DNA of 55,286 nucleotides, taken from positions 1 to 55,286 of IMG/VR virus record IMGVR_UViG_3300013099_000024; one strand, 5' to 3'. Both the position numbers and the translations under genes were made by a program. Below, in pieces: positions 48,356 through 55,286 of the stretch (positions are counted from its first letter, which is position 1; the number at the start of each line of letters is the position of its first letter). A model generated the notes under the pieces. It did not search any database. It was given only the letters and a program-made list of their open reading frames with translations, and was not told the origin of the DNA. The DNA is from a virus. Taxonomy: Duplodnaviria > Caudoviricetes.

Positions 48356-48847
48356 CTACCTACCTCCCATCATCCTCCAAATCTCCAAATATCTCCGCAA
48401 CTCAAAATCTGGCTTCAACTGCCTCACTTCCTCCACCACCTTCACCACATTCGGATCCCTCATCATTGCTTCCTCATCAAACGCATGAATCTCCGCCATC
48501 TGCCTGAGCCTCTGCACCAACTTCTGCAACCTGGCCAACCTCTGTTCCAGGCGGATGTCCTCCAGCTGTCCGCGCAACCTCCTTTCCAACTCCTCCAACA
48601 TCTTCAACCTATCCCTCAACTCCGCTATCTGCCTCTCAATCGCCCTCTTATTCTCCTCAATCACCCTCAACTGATCCTCTACAACCCTCTCCTTCAACAC
48701 CATCCTCCAATCCTCACTCCCAGTCGCTCCTATCGCCGCTCTCAATGCTATATCCAACAACTCACTCGGCTTCAATCCCATCGCTTTCACCGCCTTATAC
48801 AGTTCTGCATCCGCCGTCAGAGTGACCGTCTGTCGCACATCAATCAC
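48356..48847 (-). CDS. RHH-like N-terminus plus coiled coil
   Basis: QTVTLTADAELY..KPSELLD; long heptad region. Confidence 0.55.
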   Translation of the reverse strand: MIDVRQTVTLTADAELYKAVKAMGLKPSELLDIALRAAIGATGSEDWRMVLKERVVEDQLRVIEENKRAIERQIAELRDRLKMLEELERRLRGQLEDIRLEQRLARLQKLVQRLRQMAEIHAFDEEAMMRDPNVVKVVEEVRQLKPDFELRRYLEIWRMMGGR

Positions 48848-48849
48848 CT

Positions 48850-49323
48850 CTAGACATATTTCACCCTAACAAAGTCACATACCATTCCATCAGATATCAC
48901 TGCTGCCAATTTCAGATTTCTAAGCACCCGAAGCTTGTATTTGCCTCCTGAGTAATCGAATACTTTCTGCCCTTCACGATATATTTCAACTACACAACCC
49001 ATGTAACTTCCATCAGTATAAGAATACACCTCATATTGTGGTGCTGAGTTAATCTCCCGATAAATTAGAACTTCTTGGTTTCGCTTGACTTTCCACTTCG
49101 AATGAACGGTGGCGTCCGTTTTGAACAGCGGTCTTCCGCGGACTACTTGAACCTCGCCGTATGTAATTGCAACTATTAGATCTGGTGCTGGATTGTACAC
49201 TTCGCCCTTAGCCGGAATCCAAATTACATTCTCGTCCTTTCCAAGCTCATACACTCCATCGCTTCGTCCTCCAAATTGAACCACTTTCTTACCGTCAATC
49301 TCGTAAATTCCACCCATCATCAC
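48850..49323 (-). CDS. Hypothetical protein (atypical composition)
   Basis: GGAGGTG RBS; much weaker strand skew than neighbours. Confidence 0.6.
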   Translation of the reverse strand: MMMGGIYEIDGKKVVQFGGRSDGVYELGKDENVIWIPAKGEVYNPAPDLIVAITYGEVQVVRGRPLFKTDATVHSKWKVKRNQEVLIYREINSAPQYEVYSYTDGSYMGCVVEIYREGQKVFDYSGGKYKLRVLRNLKLAAVISDGMVCDFVRVKYV

Positions 49324-49339
49324 TAAAACACCTCCTTAT

Positions 49340-49770
49340 ACAGCAGACTTTTCGTTTATCCGTCACGAATCATCCAAAAACTTTTCGCTTTCATACCACA
49401 GGATTAATCTTCAGATAAAGATCCATGAAAAACACCTTAGGACATGTGTCAAATGCCATTTGCATACATCTTTATGTATTTGCAGATGTGCAACCGTTTG
49501 TGTTTTTGTGAAGAGAAAGAGTCATATCTGTCATGGATGATCCGCAGACTTTGTGTTTTCCGAAATGATTGGAGCATTCTATGTCCACAATTGATCCGCA
49601 AAACTTTTGTTTTCACGATTGCACACACCATTTCCATCATGATTGATCGTTGCATCGATCTATCACAAATCATCTGCAAACTTGAAGTCTTTCCATCACG
49701 ATTGATCCATGCAAACATTTCGCTTTTCTGTGAGACTCTTCACCTTTCCATCACGATTGATCCACACACA
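49340..49770. repeat. Cluster of degenerate direct repeats (ttccatcacgattgatcc / tgatccgcaaacttt)
   Basis: tttccatcacgattgatcca at about 49690 and 49745; variant at 49631; tgatccgca(g/aa)acttt at 49538 and 49592. Confidence 0.65.
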
Positions 49771-50493
49771 ACCTTTCTTCATCCAAACCACAACTCCACT
49801 GTGTCTGTCATGACTCAACCTACGATTCCTCCCACTCCACTTCCTTCCACTGCTGCTCCTCCTCACAATCACACGGATAATGGCAGAAACACACTGGGCA
49901 CCAATCGCAAGCCGACAACCTACAGCACTTATGCGCAACACTGATGATCAATGGCTTCAACTCATCAGGTATGCGCTCGCCCAATCTCCTTTCTACACAT
50001 GCAAAACAAACCTTTCCTTTCTCCTTTCTCACCAACACCAATCATATCCTGCTTTGTTCAACATCTCCACAATGTCATCAATTGTTTTCCTCCCGCCAAA
50101 AGTCGTCACCGAATTCCTTGATCACCTTCCGAACTAACGCTTTTGCTTCCTCCATCATTCTCACATCACCCGCCGATAACTTGACATCGACAACCAGAAC
50201 ATCGCGCCCACAAAAATTGAGAAAGTTGACCTTTCACTCAACCTCAATCCTCACATCCCCCGAACTTCATCCATGCCTGCATCAAACAACTCTGCTAACT
50301 GTTACGGATCCATCACCTCACCCTGACGACAATCCATCCATCAAACCATTCACTGACTACAATCACTTCGTTTTCCTTTACGATAACCTCTTTTCCACTC
50401 TCATCAGGCTCAACATACACCACTTCGCCTTCTTCCTCAAGCTTTCCTATCTTCTCCACTTCCTCTTCACCTACGAACTCAACACTCAACATC

Positions 50494-50679
50494 TCACATC
50501 ACCTCACCCTTCCATCTAAGCCATTTCTCACATACCTTCAAAAATCCATCCACCAAAATCATATCATCCCTACCCATCAAACTCAACACTCCCTGCAATC
50601 CTGGCATCAACTTCTCCATTTCAGTTATCACTCTCACTACCTCCTCAACAATCTCCTCATCGCTGTACCAGTTCCTCAA
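50494..50679 (-). CDS. Hypothetical protein
   Basis: ORF in early cluster; start uncertain. Confidence 0.45.
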   Translation of the reverse strand: MRNWYSDEEIVEEVVRVITEMEKLMPGLQGVLSLMGRDDMILVDGFLKVCEKWLRWKGEVM

Positions 50680-51003
50680 CTACTCCCTATACGTCTTGAC
50701 CCAAGACTGATCTTCCATCACTCATCACCTCAACATCTCCACAACTTCCGTGATAATCACCTCATTCTATGGCGGCATAACACTCATCACAAAAACATGT
50801 TTGTAGTTAACGTTGCCTTATCTTCCAATCCATTGCTGCTACGAACTCATCTCTTCCAATCATACCCAACTTTTTCACACACCTATCGCACTTCCCATAA
50901 CAACTCACACTACATCTCCACACCATTTTCCACCACCTCTCCCAAATCTTTTATCCATCCTTTCTCTCTCAACCATTCTTCAAACTTCCAATCAAACATC
51001 CAA

Positions 51004-51246
51004 TCACCTCACTCTCTCCACAATCACTTCCAACTCATCCAACAACACTCTTGCTCTTCCCGAACATCTCAGCTCCATCCAAACTTCATCAATCATCTCA
51101 CTTACCGTGCACAATTTGCCCTCGTCATTCACAAAGAAGTCATTCATCACCACAAACCGCCTGATAAACCTTTCCAATTCCTCTTTACTCCTCACCTCAA
51201 CCTCCATCATGTTACCACCACCGAGAAAAAACAAAAATGGAGTCAA
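51004..51246 (-). CDS. Hypothetical protein
   Basis: Probable start MMEVEV at about 51210. Confidence 0.5.
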   Translation of the reverse strand: MTPFLFFLGGGNMMEVEVRSKEELERFIRRFVVMNDFFVNDEGKLCTVSEMIDEVWMELRCSGRARVLLDELEVIVERVR

Positions 51247-51740
51247 CCATCCAACCTTTTACGTACCTTTCCATCAACCGTAACCTCTAAGCCTGCCTTC
51301 TCAATCCATTTTCTACCTTTCTTCCTCCACAACCCTTTCGGTATGCTACAACCCAACAAATACTCCACTACTCTCAGCCATGCATTTCCATCTAACTCTT
51401 GCTCTCCTAACCGTTTGCTGATCTCCTCAAACGCCATCTTCATACACCTAACGACCTCGTCGTCGTCCAACTCCACTCTCTTCAACCTTGGATTCACCAT
51501 CCCACATCTTGTGCATACCGTCTCTCTTTTACCAGCCTTCACACTACTCCAAACCCTTTTGACCTCTCCACCGCACTCAGCGCAATACCCAACCACCGTC
51601 CCATTACGTATCTTCGCTTCATAACCTCTGTCTCCATAGCCCGCTGGTGAAAAACACCTTCTAATCTCCTCAACTGCTTCCTCTGCTAATTTTACCATAG
51701 CCATCACCTCTAACAATTGGAGATCTGCATACTTTTCCAT
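51243..51740 (-). CDS. Zn-ribbon protein
   Basis: CAECG..CTRCG. Confidence 0.6.
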   Translation of the reverse strand: MEKYADLQLLEVMAMVKLAEEAVEEIRRCFSPAGYGDRGYEAKIRNGTVVGYCAECGGEVKRVWSSVKAGKRETVCTRCGMVNPRLKRVELDDDEVVRCMKMAFEEISKRLGEQELDGNAWLRVVEYLLGCSIPKGLWRKKGRKWIEKAGLEVTVDGKVRKRLDG

Positions 51741-51871
51741 ATCAGATAATCCACCACTATCTCTCCATACTTACCTATCTGCTCTATCCACCAGTCAATT
51801 TCCTTGTCTGTAAAACCACACTCTTTTAGCTCTTCTTCCCAAACTTCTACCCAATCTACTTCCATCATGCT

Positions 51872-52114
51872 TCATCCCTCCTCCTTTCCAATATACTTCC
51901 TCCACATCTCCTCATAAAACTCAGCCATCTCCACATCCCCACACTCCCGATAAATCTCCGCAATCTCTCTCAACGCCCCATTCCACCCTTGCATATGCCA
52001 CTGAGATAACAACCCCATAATCTCCTCCTTGTCCCTTGACGTCATCCTTACCTTTACATAATAGGCCCTGATAACCTTACTCAAAAACTGCCTCTCCTTA
52101 AACACCCTAACCAT
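51872..52114 (-). CDS. Hypothetical protein
   Basis: ORF with GAGGTGG RBS. Confidence 0.55.
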   Translation of the reverse strand: MVRVFKERQFLSKVIRAYYVKVRMTSRDKEEIMGLLSQWHMQGWNGALREIAEIYRECGDVEMAEFYEEMWRKYIGKEEG

Positions 52115-52144
52115 TTAACCCACCTCTCTACCAACCTAAAAAAA

Positions 52145-52429
52145 TTACTCTAACCTCAACACATACCCCTCTCCTACATCACTCTCACTACCATCCCTTT
52201 CAAATCCCAACTTTTCCACAATTCTTCTCATCCTTTCACTCCACACATCCATCCTAATCTCTCTACAACCACATTTTTTACACAACTCCACTACTTCCTC
52301 CACCAACTTTCTTCCATACCCCTTCCCCCTCATTTCTTCATTCACCCATACATCCAAAACATAACATACATCCCCCTCAAATTCCATATCAACCCAACCA
52401 TACTCCTTATCAATTCTCATCCCCATCAC
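52145..52429 (-). CDS. GNAT acetyltransferase (cytosine-free coding sequence)
   Basis: VWVNEEMRGKGYGRKLV acetyl-CoA motif A; EKLGF. Confidence 0.8.
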   Translation of the reverse strand: MMGMRIDKEYGWVDMEFEGDVCYVLDVWVNEEMRGKGYGRKLVEEVVELCKKCGCREIRMDVWSERMRRIVEKLGFERDGSESDVGEGYVLRLE

Positions 52430-52453
52430 CTTAAAAAAAATAATAGGGGGCCC

Positions 52454-52726
52454 TCAGGCCCTTACTATTACCAAACCATCATCCCTCTTTTCCAACCTCA
52501 ACCCACTACTTTTTGCCTGCACCGCCGTCACTATCCACCCTCTTACCTTCCTATAATTTTCCTCCTCATATACCTTCATCAAGACCCTCGTCAAGGCCCC
52601 CAGGTAAACCACTTCTCCTGCATCCAGCAATTCCCTTATAGCCTTCCTTATTTCCTCTGCCCTACCTCCTCTACCCACAACCTTCCTCCTTTCTTTTTCC
52701 TCCTTATACAACCCCACTATATCCAT
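52454..52726 (-). CDS. Small wHTH-like protein, family A (first early gene)
   Basis: Strong RBS and promoter; T-tract terminator after stop. Confidence 0.65.
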   Translation of the reverse strand: MDIVGLYKEEKERRKVVGRGGRAEEIRKAIRELLDAGEVVYLGALTRVLMKVYEEENYRKVRGWIVTAVQAKSSGLRLEKRDDGLVIVRA

Positions 52727-52771
52727 TCTTTTCCACCTCCTTTTTTTTCTTCAATTTTAACTTTAATTTTG

Positions 52772-52790
52772 CATTTAAAAAAGCTTTTGG
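52772..52790 (-). promoter_or_regulatory. BRE/TATA promoter of early arm
   Basis: Minus strand ccaaaagcTTTTTTAAAtg. Confidence 0.65.
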
Positions 52791-52823
52791 ATTTGTGCAT
52801 TTTTATTTTTTTGCTTTATGCGC

Positions 52824-52905
52824 TTGTTGCTAAAAATTTTTTAAAATTGCAGCAACAAATTTAAAAATCGTTTATCGCTCAAAATTTATAAAAATGTGCG
52901 ATAAA
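52824..52905. repeat. Twin 8-bp inverted repeats, each with a 19-nt AT-rich spacer
   Basis: ttgttgct(52824)/agcaacaa(52851); tttatcgc(52871)/gcgataaa(52898). Confidence 0.7.
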
Positions 52906-53016
52906 AATCTAGTAGGACCTGTCTATCCCAGGGGGCGGGGGCCCCAATGTTGGCCGTGTTAGGCAGACTCTCGCTTGGCTGTCGAGACTATCGTCTGGCA
53001 AGTTGTGAGAGAGATC

Positions 53017-53499
53017 ATGAAAGAGTGCCGTATTTGTAAGGCAGGGATGTTAGGAATTAAGTGGAGTTTGGATGTGGTGGAGGGAAAGAAGTCGGCGAAG
53101 CAGATGGCGGAGTTTTTTGGTGTGACAGTTGAGGAGGTGTGGAGGCATGTGGAAGAGCATTTGAGACCAGAGGAGGTGAGGAGATGGGTTGAGGAGGATG
53201 ATGAGATTATGGGAAAGATGAGGAAGATAGTCAGAGTGTTGGAGGATTATGTGGATTTGTTGGCGGATGCCTATGAACCGGATGTGGGAAAGATTAGGGC
53301 GTTGACGGGAGTGGTGAAGGAGTTGAGGAGTGCGTTGATGGATTATGCGGAGTTGGCGGGGAGAATTCAGAGAGGGCAGATTGTTGTGCAAGTGCAGCAG
53401 GTGGAAAAGAGGGTGCAGGAGCTGACGATGGTGGTGCTGGAGGAGTGTTGTGAGGAGTGTAGAGAGAGGATATTGAGGAGGTTGGAGGCCTTTCAGTAG
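53017..53499 (+). CDS. Terminase small subunit (putative)
   Basis: CxxC, HTH (AKQMAEFFGV..VWRHVEEH), coiled coil; upstream of TerL. Confidence 0.65.
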   Translation: MKECRICKAGMLGIKWSLDVVEGKKSAKQMAEFFGVTVEEVWRHVEEHLRPEEVRRWVEEDDEIMGKMRKIVRVLEDYVDLLADAYEPDVGKIRALTGVVKELRSALMDYAELAGRIQRGQIVVQVQQVEKRVQELTMVVLEECCEECRERILRRLEAFQ

Positions 53500-53675
53500 G
53501 CTGTAGGCAGTCTGGAGGCCGTGTGGTAGGCCGAGATGTCAACGAATATGCCGATGGAGTTGTATGCTGACGATCGGATGGCCTTACGCCAATGGATGGA
53601 AGGCCTTAGGACTACCGTCATGCAATATGAGCGTAGGCCGGCCAAGGTGTGACCAAGCGTAGGAGGTGATGTGTG

Positions 53676-55286
53676 ATGTTAGGTGATCCGGTTGACTACT
53701 TTCGGACGGTTGTCAAGGCGCATAAGGATCCGGTTTGGTTTGCGGAGAATGTGGTAGGTGTGAAGTTGTTCCCGAAGCAGGCAGAGATATTGAGGGAGTT
53801 TTATGAGGGTGGGTATAAGAAGTTGATTTGGATTAGTGGAATGCGATGTTTGACAGCGGATACGAAGGTCTTGACGCCGGATGGCTACAAACGGATGACG
53901 CACTGTATTGTTGCGAGAAATCCGGTGGGCCGTGATGCGAGGTGTAAGCTATATTACAATGGTGTTCGACCCGTGTGGAAGGTCGAGACGGAGAGAGGGT
54001 TTAGCGTTAGGGCGACGTGGAATCATCCAGTGTGGACGAGGGATGGGTGGAGATTGGTGTGGCAGTTGGGAGAAGGTATAGAAGTTGGTACGGTTGATGG
54101 TTGGGATGTAGTTGAGAGGATTAAGTATGTGGGTTGGAGACCAGTGTATGATTTGGGAATAGAGGATGACACCCATGCATTTGTAGCGAATGGTATGATC
54201 GTACACAACAGTGGGAAGTCGACGTTGGCCGCGTTGATTGCAGTTTATGAGTTCTTCAAGCTCATTACGTTGAGCAATCCCGCAGAGCATTTTGGGTTGT
54301 TGAAGAATGATCCAATATTCATTTCCATCGTAGCTGTGTCAGAAGAGCAGGCGATGGATACGGTATTTGCGAAGGCTAAGGCAATGGTCGAGGATAGTCA
54401 GTGGTTACAGGATCATTTTGATGTTAAGGTTAGAGAGTCAAAGATCATGTGTGATGTGAAGAATGTGACCATTAGAACGATTAGCAGTTGGTCAACGACA
54501 GCGGTGGGTAGGTCGAATAAGGCGGTTATCTTCGACGAGCTTGCAAATTTCGAGGAGACCGTCAGTAAGCGAGGCGCATGGGAGATTTGGAGTAGGTTGA
54601 CAAAGTCAACGGATACGTTTGGGAAGGAAGGCAAGATTGTTGCCATTAGTAGTCCTCGCCATCCGAATGATATCATCATGACGTTATACCGCAGAGCACT
54701 ACAGGATCCAGAGGAGCAAAAGCAGACGTTAGCACTCCTGACGCCTACATGGGAGGTGAATCCGAACATTAGTCGGGAGGAGTTGTTGAAGGCTCATAAG
54801 CACGATTTGGCGACCTTCCTCAGGGATTTTGCATGCCAGCCACAGGCTACGAATGCCTTACAGTTCCCGGAGGGCGTGAATTTGGATCTACCGTACAATG
54901 TGTTGGCTGATCCTCAATATGTGGATCGTGAGCATCTGAGGGTGATGGCCATCGATCCGGCGGTAAGAAATGATGCGTTTGGAGTTGCTGTTGGATATAA
55001 GGTTGGAGATGACATCTACATCGATGGTGCATGGCGCTTCCAGAGGATGGATCGAGCGTACATAAGTCCGCGGGAAGTAAAGCAGTGGATGGAGGATGCA
55101 ATAAGTCGTTTGAATGTGGCTGTTTTGGTGTTCGATACGTGGATGTTTCCAGAGCTGATTGAATGGGCTGAACAGGATTTAGGTTTGGTGGTTGAGAAGC
55201 ATATTGTGACGAAGAAGGATTATGATAGATGGAGGGAATTACAACAAGCTGGCAGGCTACATGTGTGCCAGTATGATGTACTTAAA
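53676..55286 (+). CDS. Terminase large subunit with intein, 3'-truncated by window edge (not in ORF track)
   Basis: MLGDPVDYF..; Walker A GMR/SGKS; AVIFDE; AIDPA nuclease motif; no stop before 55286. Confidence 0.92.
   Translation, partial: MLGDPVDYFRTVVKAHKDPVWFAENVVGVKLFPKQAEILREFYEGGYKKLIWISGMRCLTADTKVLTPDGYKRMTHCIVARNPVGRDARCKLYYNGVRPVWKVETERGFSVRATWNHPVWTRDGWRLVWQLGEGIEVGTVDGWDVVERIKYVGWRPVYDLGIEDDTHAFVANGMIVHNSGKSTLAALIAVYEFFKLITLSNPAEHFGLLKNDPIFISIVAVSEEQAMDTVFAKAKAMVEDSQWLQDHFDVKVRESKIMCDVKNVTIRTISSWSTTAVGRSNKAVIFDELANFEETVSKRGAWEIWSRLTKSTDTFGKEGKIVAISSPRHPNDIIMTLYRRALQDPEEQKQTLALLTPTWEVNPNISREELLKAHKHDLATFLRDFACQPQATNALQFPEGVNLDLPYNVLADPQYVDREHLRVMAIDPAVRNDAFGVAVGYKVGDDIYIDGAWRFQRMDRAYISPREVKQWMEDAISRLNVAVLVFDTWMFPELIEWAEQDLGLVVEKHIVTKKDYDRWRELQQAGRLHVCQYDVLK
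53847..54209 (+). mobile_element. 121-aa mini-intein in TerL Walker A
   Basis: CLTADT..; block B ATWNHPV; VYDL..FVANGMIVHN followed by Ser. Confidence 0.92.

Larger units (their letters stand above)
1..55286. mobile_element. Tailed archaeal virus genome (siphovirus-like Caudoviricetes), near complete
   Basis: Terminase, protease, MCP, tail tube, tape measure, no sheath; archaeal RBS, promoters and replication genes; no host housekeeping genes. Confidence 0.93.

Noticed and set aside
49340-49770. CRISPR array
   Set aside because: Repeats are degenerate and irregular, with no constant repeat-spacer unit or typical GAAA(C/G) end
50797-51624. 275-aa + strand ORF and similar S/P/T/H/L-rich + ORFs between 40 and 52 kb
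   Set aside because: Antisense shadows; G scarcity removes TAG/TGA stops; real genes with RBS are on the minus strand
1-55286. Integrase, att sites, portal gene, tail sheath
   Set aside because: None recognised; the portal probably lies outside the window between terL and ORF1

Overview
The window is most of the genome of a tailed (Caudoviricetes, siphovirus-like) archaeal virus, probably infecting a thermophilic euryarchaeon. Support: GGAGGTGA ribosome-binding sites, BRE/TATA promoters, oligo-T terminators, archaeal-type ThyA, MCM, XPF and a DUF2341 adhesin. Archaeoglobi or Thermococci is my inference for the host. Layout: (i) + strand morphogenesis arm, 1-21.5 kb; (ii) - strand replication, nucleotide-metabolism and 7-deazaguanine DNA-modification arm, 21.4-40 kb (MCM, XPF, FolE2/QueE/QueD, NrdJ, Cas4-like, PolB, DpdA-like, three QueC paralogs, ThyA); (iii) - strand small early genes, 40-52.7 kb; (iv) an AT-rich divergent junction, then TerS and an intein-containing TerL running off the right edge. 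No portal, integrase, tRNA or CRISPR array was seen. Most notable: (1) a 1804-aa multi-enzyme protein (NTase, two MTase-like, two DUF6884-like, ATP-dependent ligase, LigD phosphoesterase) inside the head module; (2) an intergenic structured RNA closed by a canonical bulge-helix-bulge, predicting a 99-nt EndA-excised, possibly circular RNA; (3) early genes whose coding strand is nearly or completely cytosine-free, including a GNAT gene with no C at all; (4) a triple-QueC deazaguanine pathway. All product calls come from motif recognition by eye; no searches were run.
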